The notes: a model not told the origin generated them from the sequence alone. DNA of 52,338 nt from Craspedostauros australis (GCA_030167865.1 JALAGF010006363.1:1-52338), one strand, 5' to 3'; counted from the first letter of the stretch, positions 32,484-46,001 are shown. A program made the numbers and translations.

Positions 32484-35183
32484 TTACCGCCGCTTCCGAC
32501 GTCGCACATGCGAACTGTGACGATTGGAAGATGCTGTCGCCTTTTCAGAAGTGTCTGGCAGGATGTGCGAGGGGAAGGTAATGTCCGGTCGCAAGGGTGG
32601 CTGTTCATCGTACCAATGTCGCAGCAGTGACCAGGCATCGTCGAGATCTGGCAAGCGGGCGAAGATGCCATCGGATATGGTCGTGCTGCGATGGCCACCG
32701 GCACGTCGGCTGTGCTTGAAGTGCAAGTGATCCTTCAGGATGATGTACAGGATGGTCGCGGCGAGGACGAGCCATGCCACAAGCACCGTGAATGTATCGT
32801 AGAGTTGCTCGTCACCATCTGCGCGGCCGCCGCCCACTCCTGCCAAGGTCTGTTGAATGGCGTGCACCATGTCCTCGTGGCTCGACCAAGCACCATGCTG
32901 CGCCTTCTGTCGATCGGCAACGGTTTCCAGAAGACCCAACGCCGAAAGCAGTCCTCGCATTGGCGATCGTTCGTCATGAGGGACATCAGCTTGGCTTCGT
33001 GGTTTGACGCTAGCAGATGCCGTGCTGTGGTTGCGGATTGCGTGGACGAGCTTCACCGTGAATTCTTCCGTGAGCTGCTTGGCGACATCATCGGAGCCCT
33101 TCGTGATGACCTCCCTTGGTGGCAGCGAGCTGGACTGCGAGATGCAGACTATTGGAACGCCCAGGAGTCCGAGAATGTCGCTCTCCATGTCGCAGACCGT
33201 GACGACCGCATGGACGTAAGGACTCCGACGCAAGTAGGCATCAATAACGTTGTAGGATTTCTCCGGCTCGACGAACCACGGGATGGTGAGCGAGCCCTCG
33301 GCGTCGACGATCTGCTGGCTGCCAAGATGCTCGATCCAGTAGACTTGCATGTACTTGGCACTGTTTTGGCACGTCGCAGGGTCCCACTCGCAGTCGTCGA
33401 TGTTGTTGATGGTCATTCTCGCCGCGGTGAGGCCGTCAATGAGATTTCGCGCCGTGGAGAGGGAGATAGTCGGCGGTTGGACGAAGAGGATGCATGGCTT
33501 GACGCTGGCGAGGGATGGCTTCTTGAGAATCTGCCTCCGTTTGCTGCTGTGTCTGCTCGCCAACGAGTCATTGACGCAGGGAATGCATGGTGGTTGCAAC
33601 GGCCCCACGCCGTGCACCACTGTCGATCGATCGCGATTGTACATTGACACCATCTGTTGTGTTCGCGATACACTTGCAGCTGTGACTATGCTGCTGGTGG
33701 CCAAGCTTGCGCCGTTGCTGTTGCTGTTGCTGTTTGTGTTGCTGTTGGAGTCGCTGTTTGCATTTGCTTTGGCATCCGTGTTGGATATGGTGGCAGTTGC
33801 TGCATGCATGAGGTTCCCGGCATGCGCATCTGGACCGGCATGACTGTGATCCACGAATGGTGATGGGACATCGGACGGCAAGGCGAAGCCAGCAATGGTG
33901 GCGACGACTGGTTGGAAGTACTGGAACGGAACACGGATTCGATCCAACTGCAGATCCCGTCTGATCCAGTTGAGTCTCATGAATGCGGACGTGAGCACGA
34001 TGCTTTGAAATCTCTGTTTCATGATCCGGTATGCGCGCGTGATGATGTTCCATTCCTGCGGCGCCCAGCCGGGGTCGTTGTGAACGTACGTCATGAGAGC
34101 ATCGTAGGCTGAGAGTGTGACTGTTGGAACGTGCACAGTCTCCGCGAAGAGCAGCCCGCCGACGAAGTTCGTATCCATCAACAGAAGATCCGGTATCTGC
34201 TGCTGCTTCTCTTGCTGCTGCTGATCTAATAGCTTGGGCCATTGACGTGACCACACCGTCTGCACGATATGAAAGTCGTCGTAGGCCTGATTCAACGTGC
34301 AATACTGAAATGGTGTACCGCCGCCTTCGGCGGTGTTGCACGGTTGCGGTCCCACGGCAACGGAGATGGCATGAAAGCGACTCCGAGAATTCTTCTCAAA
34401 CGAACACGGCACGCCCGCGAGAACATCCTCCCGGAAGGTGGTGGTCTGGTTGGGCTCGTTCTCCAAATGCAGGGCGGTGATGCTCCAGCCCTTCATGAGC
34501 ATTCCCGCGAGTACGGACACGAAGTCAATCCGCACATCCGTCTGACGCAAGATAACGAAGGCACTGCGCTGCTGCTGCGCAGCTGTGCCATCTGCTATTC
34601 CATCCGTCGTCGGCTCCGGAGTGTCTGGATTCGCGTAGAGGAAGGAGAGCATGCGGCTGCTGTCCGAGCAGGTCCGACACGTCGCATTTTGTCTCACCGA
34701 TTCAAGAATATCGGCAGAGTCCATCTCTCCCATGTGTTCCATGATGGGATCCAGGGCGTCGCCGAAGCATCGTCGGCCCTTGATCTGCTGCTGCGGTTGA
34801 TGATGCTGATGATGCTCAGCTTGCTGTTTTTGATAGATTTCACGCAGCTTCTCTCGATCCTGAAGCTCTGGTTCCGGTGTGGCGTGGTTCCTCATCAAGA
34901 ATTCGGACAGCTGCTCATCCAACTGATCTCCCAGCCCCATGAAGGCCGCACCGGAAGTGACCGCGTTCGCAGATGCTGCCGCTGCTGCTGCGACGGAGGC
35001 CGACGAAGCAGACTCCGCAGGCCAGCTGGAAACTCTCGATATTGCGTAGGCGGCCGCAATCACTCCCCATCCCACGAGGGCACCAAACAAGGACAGCATC
35101 CGCCACCGTCGCGAAGCGTCGTCGCCTCCATACCTGTAAGCGTAGGGCGCAGGAGATGGACGCCATCCTCTCCAATCCGTCAT
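32484..35183 (-). CDS. Divergent GT-B/UDP-glycosyltransferase (GT1/UGT)-like protein with N- and C-terminal TM helices
   Basis: PDLLLMDTNFVGGLLFAETVHVPTV, LNWIRRDLQL, VVHGVGPL and LLGVPIVCI match the UGT layout. 899-aa intron-free ORF. Confidence 0.65.
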   Translation of the reverse strand: MTDWRGWRPSPAPYAYRYGGDDASRRWRMLSLFGALVGWGVIAAAYAISRVSSWPAESASSASVAAAAAASANAVTSGAAFMGLGDQLDEQLSEFLMRNHATPEPELQDREKLREIYQKQQAEHHQHHQPQQQIKGRRCFGDALDPIMEHMGEMDSADILESVRQNATCRTCSDSSRMLSFLYANPDTPEPTTDGIADGTAAQQQRSAFVILRQTDVRIDFVSVLAGMLMKGWSITALHLENEPNQTTTFREDVLAGVPCSFEKNSRSRFHAISVAVGPQPCNTAEGGGTPFQYCTLNQAYDDFHIVQTVWSRQWPKLLDQQQQEKQQQIPDLLLMDTNFVGGLLFAETVHVPTVTLSAYDALMTYVHNDPGWAPQEWNIITRAYRIMKQRFQSIVLTSAFMRLNWIRRDLQLDRIRVPFQYFQPVVATIAGFALPSDVPSPFVDHSHAGPDAHAGNLMHAATATISNTDAKANANSDSNSNTNSNSNSNGASLATSSIVTAASVSRTQQMVSMYNRDRSTVVHGVGPLQPPCIPCVNDSLASRHSSKRRQILKKPSLASVKPCILFVQPPTISLSTARNLIDGLTAARMTINNIDDCEWDPATCQNSAKYMQVYWIEHLGSQQIVDAEGSLTIPWFVEPEKSYNVIDAYLRRSPYVHAVVTVCDMESDILGLLGVPIVCISQSSSLPPREVITKGSDDVAKQLTEEFTVKLVHAIRNHSTASASVKPRSQADVPHDERSPMRGLLSALGLLETVADRQKAQHGAWSSHEDMVHAIQQTLAGVGGGRADGDEQLYDTFTVLVAWLVLAATILYIILKDHLHFKHSRRAGGHRSTTISDGIFARLPDLDDAWSLLRHWYDEQPPLRPDITFPSHILPDTSEKATASSNRHSSHVRRRKRR

Positions 35184-35847
35184 GATTCGCGATTCCTTGG
35201 TTGCGACGGCGCAGCACTGGTGGTTCAGCCCACTTCAGCACTGCAGCAGAGTATCCGTATTCTACTCCAATCTCCAGCTTGTACGATGTTATGCTTGCTC
35301 TTGCTCTTGCGCTTTTACTGTGAGAGCCCAAGAGGAGGCAAGGATTCGTCGGAGTGCTCCCACGAGGACTCGTGTGTGACTTATGATGATTGTGTCGCAA
35401 GAAGTGGGATGCCTTTGGATTCTCTCTCTGTGCGTGGAGTGTGTGTGGAGAGGCAGGTACTATTCGGACTCACATCATCATTGCTTCTTCTCCCTCTCTT
35501 TCGTGGCGTTCTGTTTGTTGTTTGTCTGTTGTTCCCAGATACCATCAAGGAAGAAGTACTGTCGAAGACTCATTTTTGAGTTCATATGGTATACCATATC
35601 AACTGAGATACTGGGACAATTCGTTCAACAACTCAGACATGCGATATACTATTGGATTGGTATCTACATTGTGTTGTGGGAGTTCGCGCCAAAAATAATG
35701 CGCTGACAAGCCTCACCAATGACGAGAACACCTCATGGTGAGTTTCTTCACTTCTTCTCCTTCCTCCTTTTTTGTCACCGTGGCGGTGGACATCTCGTGC
35801 GCGAACGCGTTCTCGTATTGGTACTCTGCACACATTTGCAACATAGT

Positions 35848-35900
35848 CAACCACCACCACCACCACCAACACCAACACCAACAACAACAACAACAACAAC
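35848..35900. repeat. (CAC)n/(CAA)n trinucleotide repeat in the importin 5' leader
   Basis: caccaccac...caacaacaacaac. Confidence 0.8.
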
Positions 35901-35917
35901 TTCAATCGAACAAAACC

Positions 35918-38900
35918 ATGGCGACGATCACGCTGGAGCTGCTGCAGGCGCTGCAATCACCTGAGACGCAGGTACGATCTCAAGCTGAGACGCACTATGC
36001 CAACCTCTCCGTCCAGCAGAAGGTGGAGCAACTGGCAGCTATCCTGCCCCACTTGCACAACCAGCCCAACCTGGAGCTTCTCGCCGTCGTTCTGCTGCGA
36101 CGTCAAATCTGCAGATTGGCAGATGCCGACATCCTGGTCGCCATCATGACGCCACTGCTGCAGCTATTTCCAACTTCACAGGTCAGCCTGCACATTGCCA
36201 ACTGCCTCGCGGAAGCTTGCGGTTCCCTCTCCGCCATTGCGGGCGATGATGCACCCAAGGCTGCCATGGCCAACATCCTCGCGACCATCGAATCCTCAGT
36301 CGGTCAAGGTCATGCCGCGTCGCTCAAGCTCCTCGCCAATATGGCCAATCGGTCGCCCAAGCAATTCGTGGAACTCAACGTCGTGGACTCCTTGCCGCAG
36401 TTGATCTCGGCAACCAAGAATGCAGCCTTGCAACCCAACCAGCTGGAGGCCTTCGTGGATCTGGCGTGCAACGCCGCCATCGCGATGGAATCGGACGCAT
36501 CGCAGCAACACAAATCCGCGCAGCTGGGACTCAGCGTCATGCCGACGTTGCTGTCGCATACTGTGCGATGCGCGGATCCGTACAGATTGGAACAGATCAC
36601 GCAGCATCTGACGCATGCCTGCATGGCATGTCCGGCATTGCTCACTGGTCACGACGCCGTCCTCGAAGCTCTGTTGCAAACATGTTTGCATCTCATCGCG
36701 CATCATCGAGATTCTTCCTTGATAACGCTCGAAGTCGTCGCATCTGTGTTGCACATTCCGTCGGCTCTGCATCGCGTTCAGAACAATCAAATCCAAGCTG
36801 TCGCAACCAACGTCCTCATCCAAACCATCTTCGACGCGTGCTTCCACTTCATGATCGATCCCGTAGATCCCGACGTTCAGGAATGGGCAGAAGAACCAGC
36901 CACTTTGATGGACGCTGTTGATAGCTTCATCGGAGAAGATCAGGCATCGCATGCTGAGGCGCTAGCTGTCGATTTTGCACGCACGTTGCAGCTGTCGTTC
37001 CGTACCACTGTCCGCACAGCGCTGGCGGCGCATCATCCGCCCAAGGATTGGAGGACCTTGCGAGCAGCATTGAACATGCACGAGTGCTGCTGTTTGGGAT
37101 CCGGGTTGGAACAGCGGGATGTGTTGCAGACGTGGGAAATCGCTCTGCAGTCGCTGAACTCGAATGTCCGCGTGCAGTGGCAGGCACTGCGATTGCTCAT
37201 CACGATCTGCGATGATTACGGACCGCTCGTGTGTCACCATCATGCGACGGAATTGCGGCAGCATGCCAGCGCTCTTGTGGCGTCGTCATGTACCAAGGTC
37301 TCGGCGTTGGCGTCGTTGCTCTTTGTGAGTTACGGTCGCGGGGTTGGCGCGGATGAAGACATTGACATCGAGGCCAGCCTGCTGCCGTACCTTCCCAGCA
37401 TCCTCGATGCCTTGATTCGTGGTCCCTTGTACAACGACAGCCTCGAGGAGGGCCACGTCACGGCGCAAGTGCGTGCCATGGACGCCATCGCTTGTTTCGC
37501 CAACGTGATCGGCGACGAATTCACGCCCCATTACGCTCGGGTCATGCCTGGATTGGTGGCAAGCGCACAGCGACCATCGACGGAGTTGGCTTGCGGTGCG
37601 ATTCAGGCAGCGACGATCGTGGGCCAAGCAGTGGGGGCGGAAGTGTTCGCCGAGACGGCACACCAGCTCCTCGCCATCATGGTTCCGGCCATTCAGTCTG
37701 CCACGACCAACCACAACGTCCCGTTGGAGCAGCTGCTTTCCGCTTGCGCACGCATCGCATCCGTCATCGGCAGCGACTTCTTGCCGCACATGAACACCGT
37801 GCTTCCCGTTCTATTGCAGCAGGCGCGGCTTGAAGCAGATGTGTCCATAGTGGAGGGCACCGAAGTGGATCTGGACCAATCGCGATCCCGCAGCCCGTAC
37901 CTGCCACCACAAGACGACATCTTCTCCAATACTGACACCATGACCGTGACGCTGCCAGGTCGTGGCATCACCAAGATCACCATCAACACCAGCAATATAC
38001 AGGAGAAGACGCAGGCGATCCGCGCTCTGTACGAATTGGCGACGGCCCTAAGCGACGACTTTGGTGCGTACAGCGAGGTGTGCCTCCAGACTCTGATACC
38101 GATTTTGACGTTCAAGTATTCCTCCGAAGTCCGCTCCTGCACATTCCAAACCGCGGCCGCTGTCTTCGACTCCACGTGCGAATACGCGGAGCAGGCTGGA
38201 GGTCCCGCCATGGTGCTGGCGTCGAAGTATCTTCCGGGTTTGGCGGAGACCATGTCCAACCAGATGATGATGGAAGATCCGACCGACATGGAGGCCTGCG
38301 CGGATGGTCTGAGCGAGGTTTGCTACATCGCTCACCGGTACATCGCTGGCAACGTCGCCAGCAATCCACACAATCTGTTCCAATCCTTCACGCAGCAGCA
38401 AGGCCGTGCCGTGCTGCACAACTGTATGAGGACCATGGTGGGTTGCTTCGAACGACGCAATGCGCTGAGGCAGAACATGTCGAACATGGCCCCGCTTCCT
38501 ACAGAAGGCGATGCCAAACCATGGGAAGAGCAACACGAGATGGAGGCGGAGATCGTGACTCAGCTCGTCCACACAGCGGGATACATCCTCAAGTTCTTCA
38601 AGCACAACATGACATCCGCCTTCGAAGAGCTGGCGGTCCCGGTGCTGTCTCCAATCTTGCAGAATGCCAGCCTGGACGTGAGGCTGTACGAAAGCGAAAT
38701 CGCAACCTCCATCACGCTGTTCGGTGATTGCGTTGGCCACTGCGGCGCTGATGCAGCAACGAGGCACACGCGTACTTTGATGCAAGCGACGCAACGTGGG
38801 TTGCAACAGATCATGAAGAGCGAGAAGATCACGAAGGCATGCCTCGATGCATTGACGGATGTCAGCCGTCATGGACCATGGGAAGCTGTGAAAGATATCC

Positions 38901-39660
38901 CCCGGAATTCACAGCTTTACCAGCTCGCCATGACTGACAAGGAGAGTTTGGAGGATCCGTTCATGGTGGTATCTGCGCAGTCCGCCATCTGCAACGTCGT
39001 TTTCTTCCGACCTGAAAGCCCCACTTGTTATGCAGATGCGCAGAGCCACATGGGCTGCTTCCTGAACTCGCTTCCGTTCACGCAGGATGATGATGAGGCC
39101 AAGGTACGTAATCTACTCCGTCGCTCTGCAAGTACAACTATCGTCACTCCTACAGACAGAGACAGGTGCTCATGTCGGTGGGTATTCACGAATGCAGGAA
39201 AACCTTGACTAGAATCATGCAGAAGGATAGCGACCATTGGCGTCATTTGAATTGGAATTGATGCGATTCCTGTCCCCTCTATTCGTGCAGTCGTGCCACC
39301 CTCACGCCATCCTCACCCTTCTCCATTCTGCCGTTCTGCCATTCTACTATTGTACTGTACTACATTCCACTCTATCATTCGGATGCAAAACAGGCTTACC
39401 ATGCCCGCTTCTGTTCTTTCATGGAATCCGGAGCGATAGACATGGAGTCGGGCGCGATGCAGATGGTGCAGATCATTGCCAGGATAATGAACGAGGTGTA
39501 CGAGGACAAGGATGTGGTGCTTCCAGAAACTGTGCAGCGGTTCCAAACTATTGTCGCCGGAATCAAATCAAAGCTCCAGCCACCGCAAGACTGGGCATTC
39601 CTCATGCAGCACTTGCCGGAGGCGGAGCAGGCATCATTGCACACGCTCCTTTCCTCGTGA
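35918..39660 (+). CDS. Importin-5/RanBP6-like karyopherin beta (HEAT repeats), 2 exons
   Basis: LQALQSPETQVRSQAE...LAVVLLRR, EFTPHY, RIASVIGSDFLPHM..VLP.LL, INTSNIQEK..A, L.FKYSSEVR, LPFTQDDDEAK. Exons 35918..39103 and 39394..39660. Phase-0 intron GTACGT...ACAG gives DEAK|AYHARFCSFME. Confidence 0.85.
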
Positions 39661-40421
39661 TGAAGCTTGATTTGGATACTGAAGACGGGGATGGTTATGT
39701 TCATGATCGGAGGAAGAGCATCACAACATGCAACCACATCGACAACCACCTCTACTCTGCATCCTATTCCAAAATGATTACTGAAAGTGGATGGCATGGT
39801 ACGGTGAATTCGCAGAACTTCTATTATACTCTAATACAACTGCACCATGAACTCTGTGTTTGTCTATCTGTCGTTGACCGCTGGTCATGAAGCCTCCATA
39901 CATTGTCTAGACTAATACGGTAGCCTGATACTAGAAACTTGATTTGTTCTTGACGAAGGAGGAGACGTTTTGGCGAAGGAAAAAGAACAATTTGTTTTGT
40001 TCGCGCTGGAATAATGGTCGAGCGAGTCGTGTATGTTCCTGGTTTGTCCGGATTGATCACAACTTGTGTTGAATCGCTGCACGTTCTCGAGAAAACGCGA
40101 TGGGAACAGTGAGAAATCACACACGGTCGTTTCGTTGCCGTTGCGTGATGAACGGCGGTTTGGTGGGAGATCCTGTAGGTACTGCAATCACGCCCATGCA
40201 ACAGATGTACAAGGCACACGCGTGTTCGAGTTGCTGGCCAGAGGCGTTCCGCTCTGCTTGTGCCATACTGCCATCACAGACCGGACAGCATAATACCATC
40301 TCCACAAGCCTCAATCCATTTCGGGATCAGAGAAAGACAACGCTGTATCGCACGAAGCACTCCAGCATTGCTGCTGGTTTCATGCATCAGCCTTCCGACA
40401 GGAGAGTGTGAGAGCGTGAAC

Positions 40422-40501
40422 ATGGAAGAATCAAAAGATGCATCCGACGTCGAAGCCGCAAACACAACTGGTTTTGCTCGTCGTTCTGGTGGTGGCAACG
40501 G

Positions 40502-40536
<35 letters not shown>

Positions 40537-43500
40537 GGGTTGGAGTTGGAGTTGGCATAAACCAGGGCTCGACAACGAACAACCCCATCGAGATCGATGA
40601 CGACTCAGACGGTACCTCCGAGGCCGATTTCAGCAGCGATGGCACGGTGGACTACGGCAACAACGACAGTAGCAACAGTGACGTTATTGGCATCGATAGT
40701 GGGACCGAAGTCGACAGTCACGAAAGCGACGACGGCGGCGGCAGCGAAGGCAATCGCGACTGCAATCGCAAAAGTGAGAAAGACAGCGACAGTGATGATG
40801 AGATCGAATACTTGCTGACAGTTCGTCCATCGAGTCCGATGCTTTCGAGAGATGAAGATCAGCCGGCTGGCTTCGCCACTGCCACCCCCAACGTTCAGGC
40901 CAACCCTCATGTCAACGATGGTGGCAACATCCACGATGGTGTCGGTGATGGCGATGGTGATGGCGAACAACCAGAAGAGGATAAAGCGGAACAGGGTCAG
41001 TCTTCCTCCAAAACAATGCAAACGGAGAACCCATCGAGCTCCAGGACTCCACCAGTCACCAAGCGATCCAGGGCAGCTGATGCGCAGTCACAGCCATCAG
41101 CACCGAAAAGTTCATCAGCGTCAGCAACAACAGCGTCACCAGCATCACGACCAACAATGCTACCAATAGCGGCGAGGGCAACTGTCACAAATGCGCCTCA
41201 ATCCAGCACCCCCTTCCGCCGTTGTGTGACAGTTGAGAAGGGAAAGGAAGACCGCAGTCAGAGCGCCACCGCCACTCCGCTTGGAGCTACTGCGATCGCT
41301 CCTGGGAGTGAGCTGTCTCTGTCTGGAACAGTCGGTTATTCAACACCCATGGTGCGCACGGAGTCATCGCAGCAGGCCTGCACCATCCAAACCCCACAGG
41401 TTTTCCCTTCACAGACAAGCATTGCGAAGAAAGCACCCAAGACTAGCAATACGAACAATGCGAGCGACGCACACCAAGGCCGCAAAATCACAACAAGAGC
41501 TCAAGTGGAGAGTGCATCCAGCGCTGTCACTGCAAGTGTCCCAAAACAACCAAATGAAATACGAGCAAAGGACTCGGCCTACCTGCAAAGTCTGGCGGAA
41601 ATTTGCAGCACGATTCTGCAGGACCGGCGCTGGCGGTATGGTCGACAGCGGCAGCATCTCTTCTCTCAGGAGCATGGCGATGATCTCAGTGCCGCTGTCG
41701 CGCTCGCAAAGATGCACGAACCAGACACACCGCTTCCGCCCCCCACCAACTGCACCTGTCTGCTCTGTCATCGCAGCACCACCACCGAAGGTGCCTACGA
41801 AGAAAGAGCTGGCGTCATCGATATGACCGATCAAGACGAGGACAATGATGCAGGTCAATCGAATCCGCAGAACGAAAACGACACCAGTGCCGACGCCGAC
41901 ACCAGCATCTACAGCGACGACGGCCACCAAGGTGATAACACCAATGGTGGACGCAGCGACCACCGTGATGATGGAGATCCGGATGACGCGCTAAATGATG
42001 AGGAAGCGCAAGTTCGAGCTTTGTTGCTCTACTCACGCATGTTCAGCAGAAAAGGCCCATGGTTCCGAATCGATGACCTCTTCCGCTACTATGATCCGAA
42101 GGTTGCGCAAACCGAAAGGTCCGACACTATGAGTACTTTTCTGAACAATATCCATGCACAAGGTAGCGCAAATGCGACGGGTACACCCAACCCCCACTCA
42201 CACGGTCACAATCGCATGGCCAGCACGCCACCCAAGAACGACGGCATTCGTAAGCGGCTCTTTTCACCGTCTACTCCAAAACATTCGCATATGCTGAAGG
42301 AGGAATCCTCTCAACCAACCGATCACGTGACATCGCGCAACACCTCCGACCAGCTTGATAACGACTCGCTGGATAGGCACCTGCATGCCCTCCACCTCCT
42401 TCTGGATGACATTGCGTACCTGAAACGCACAGGGTTAATCAGGTCCTTTCAGAGCGAAGAGGAATGCGGAAAGACAGTGGGCCAGGTGAAAGGCTTCAGA
42501 TTGCTCACGGTGGAAGAACAGGGGGTGGTGTTGAAGAAGCTGGGTGGGAAGAAGTTGAAGCGATCACCTTCCAAACAACGCAGTTCCCACCAGCAGCCCC
42601 AGCAACAAAGTCGCAGATCACGTCATGGCGCTCGTACCAGCGATCCAGGCAATGGCAAACCGACCAACCTGATCTGGAAGCAGATGAAGGAACAAAAACC
42701 CTTCTCATTCTTCAAGGCCAGTGACGCGGCATCCCCAGCTTACCTGCCGGTCATATGTCATGTGAATCGCATCATCACAGATTCATTGGGTCAGTCGATG
42801 GCGATGAAAGTGCTTGGGATCAGCCAGAAAACATCGACGCCAGCTGTTGGACGGCATATCGCAGGTGTGCGTGCCAAGGTGGGGCGTCTGCTTCAGGAAC
42901 AGAAGGCCACACTCGTTGCACAATGTGGAAAGGCACGCATGGATATGTCCTGGCGCCTTTGTGAGAAGCCGCTCACGACGTTGCATCGGATGGCGCGTCT
43001 TTATCTCTGCGCAACAGACGGCCCAGGCAACATGCGATCTGGCGGCACAAGCGCATGGAGAACGTTGCCGATTCATGACATCGATCTGCAACCGGTTGTT
43101 TCGCACGTACGAACCTCGACGTCCCCGCCTGGTACACACTCATGGCACACTGTGAAGTATCCGGGGAAGGACCACAGATTTCGAATGCAATCATCGAATT
43201 TCGTTCGTTCGTATTCGCCGTATCCAGTCGAAGCAAGCGACACTTTGGTTGCCGAATCGACAATCCAAGAAGATGAAGAAAGAGATCGCGATGCTCTGCA
43301 AGTCTTTCCCGAGCACTGCTCTTTCCGTCGGTGGGAGGTGTGCGCTGAGTTCCGCGCAACCTGCGACTACTTGATCGAGCTCAACGAGTGGATACATTAC
43401 CTCGGACGGCGCCGGGAGGCTGGTGTGAATGCTGCAAATGGTACGATCGATGACCACAACCCTCCAGAACTCGAGGGTGTGTGCGTTGACTTCCTCGATG

Positions 43501-46001
43501 TCCTTGACCCCTCGAAACGAGAGCATTTCGTGAAAAGTTTGCTGTTTGAAAGCAGCGGTAATGTTGCTGTAAACAACAACAGCGCCGCACGACTGGCCGG
43601 CATCATGAAGGGGATAGATGACGATGTCCGGAGCTTGGTTGTTCAGCAGCACGACCTCGAATTTGAACCTGAACATGGCAATCGCAATCGCAACCACGGC
43701 CACGCCACAGATGAAAACGGGGATGGAGATGAAAGCTCTCACAACATTCATGGATTCGATAGCCAGGACACGAGCTTCCTCAATGATTGCGAACTCGTCC
43801 TTGCAGTCATTGGAATCCTCCTTCGCTGGGTGCTGCAGTTCCGAATCCAAGAAGTATCTCGAGAGGAAGCCAGGCGTCGATTGGAAACACCCTGGCTTCG
43901 GCATCTGACCTGGGAGGGATGCATGGCGTGCATGCTTTGGGACATCGTCGCCATCATGGAAAAGCGCAAATACCACAAGCTGGCCATCGACTCTCTCCAA
44001 GTTCTCCTCTTTGGCTCGACCCATCGGTATGATGTACTGAATGAGCACCACTTCGACCCGCATGTTTCTCATTCCGAGTTGAAGCCAGCGCATTCGCAAG
44101 GCCAAAGCAACCATCACCCCCGTCAACATCCGCGCTCGTACAGTCCACCAGATTCGCAAGAGCAGTGGCGGGCCGATTTCGTGCTCTCGCTCATGTCCAG
44201 ACGATCGAGAGGCAAAGCCTTTGAACGCCTTTTGATTGATACCACGCACCACCTTCGCATCGTGCACAAGCAGTTGAAGCTCGTTGAGAAGGCACAAAAC
44301 GCTGACACGCATGATTCCCAATCACACAAGCAGAACGTTGTAAAGTCAAAGATGCACGACACCAACCAAATCGTGGCGAGCTTGGCTGAAGCGTTGATCT
44401 GTACCTACGGGCGGCACGGCATCATTCCCTTTTCCGCCATACGAACGTTGGCACGCAAATTGAAACAGCCGCTTGCCCAAACACTGGCGCACACCCAATG
44501 CTTCGAAGTCCAACAACTGGGGCACAGATTCGACAATAATAGCAGCAACGACACTGGCAACGGTGATGTCAAGATCGAGGATATGAACTGGGCGTCCCGC
44601 ATGGCAATGGCTGCAGGTGCAAGTGCAAACCATCACATCGAGGCATGCATGACAACACAAAGGAAGAGCACGTACGCGGATTGGGTTCCGATTACAGACT
44701 ATGTGGTCGCGAATGCCATGCGTGTGGATGAAACGCTGACCGGCAAACGATGCAGTTACATCGGCGCGGATGAGAACGAGCGGGATTATCACAGCCTTTC
44801 GTCCTTGAACGTGGAGCAGCTTGCGATGGAATACTACAGAACAGGGCCTCCTCCAAACAGCCTGAACCAGAACGCAACTGAGACTGATATGACGGACCAC
44901 AGCGAGCAGAAGCACCCTTGCCACGCATTGTCCGGTTGGCAGGGCTGGCACGACGAAGGAGTGGGTGTCCGTACACTGTTCCGGATTCTTTGCAGCGGCC
45001 CCATCCTTGGCATGGATTGGGGCTGCAGCGCGTCATCAAAGATGGGCGCGTCATCACAATCGAATGCGCTAGTCTTCCTCACGCCGTACCAAACAGCCCC
45101 GCACGATCTGCATGTAGGTGCAGAGACCACTCTGGGGGGCGCATCGAGACAGAGCTTTTGGAAACGACGCGCGCAACGCATTCACAAGTTCCTCCGAAAG
45201 CTATCAGGGCTCAGTTCGCAGCAACTGAGTGATTTGGTGCACCGCTCCATCAAATCTCGGTTGGAGTACAGGGAAGAAACGAATGTCCCCGATCCGTTCA
45301 TCGGCAGAGACATCAAGCAATGTCGAACGCTCTGTCTGCTGGCAGCTGGAGCGGGCGGCAGGCAGCTCACGGGCATCTTCCGCAATCTCTTCTTCGACTA
45401 CAGGCACTACAGCGGTGGCTTGCCAGACTGCACTTTGGTGCGGGCCCTCTACGAGGATGAAAATGGCGATCCCTGCATGCATGGCCACTCAGCAACAGCA
45501 GTGCCAAAGTCAACGAGTGGCATGTCGAGCGTCGTTGATCTTGGTGAATGGGTGGGGGAGGCGTTCAGCGCACAACATCTGGACGCAGTGGGACAGGCAA
45601 AGTTCGCCAGCATGCTGATGGATCGAGAAGACGAATTCCTCGGATGCGACAAGATCGGAGAATCGAAGGGGCGTCCTGGTGGCAAGAGCACGCACGGATC
45701 ATCCCACAAGCAAAATCCACGCAGCGGTGCTGTCGATGGCGATGGCAGTAGTGAGACGGACATCATCACCATGCCGGAGAGGCTCACGCTGCAGCACAAT
45801 GGTCGATGCATCCGTGCAGAATGCATGATGGTGGAAGTTAAGAGCCACAACGACCGTCTGGATGCTCGGCAGGAAGACTGGCTCAACATCCTCGACCTGC
45901 ACGGCAATGCCAGGGTATGCAAGTTCGTGAAGAGCCCCTCAGACCGGAAGAAGCACGCGCCAACCAAACGCAAGCGCGGCAGCGAAGAACTATTTGAATA
46001 G
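40422..46001 (+). CDS. FAN1: Fanconi-associated nuclease 1-like (VRR-NUC), about 1860 aa with large low-complexity insertions
   Basis: LYSRMFSRKGPWFR, RGKAFERL.ID..H, LNVEQLAMEYY, WQGWHDEG, PYQTAPHDL, DYRHYSGGLPD, VEVKSHNDRLDARQEDWL. ATG at 40422. Confidence 0.88.
40505..40532 (+). repeat. (GCT)n poly-Ala coding repeat in FAN1
   Basis: About 9 GCT units. Confidence 0.85.

Noticed and set aside
34269..35579. 436-aa plus-strand ORF (also 32691..33647)
   Set aside because: Antisense shadow of the UGT-like gene; no motifs, and typical of GC-rich codon bias.
35735..35917. N-terminal extensions in track ORFs (importin poly-H/Q; also 30218, 40260, 17718, 10995, 25676)
   Set aside because: Mostly non-ATG or UTR-repeat-derived; downstream ATGs fit family starts or signal peptides better.
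39291..39393. Alternative importin acceptor at 39290 (SCHPHAIL...)
   Set aside because: Leads out of frame with the natural C-terminal exon; the acceptor at 39393 gives the in-frame AYHARFC continuation.
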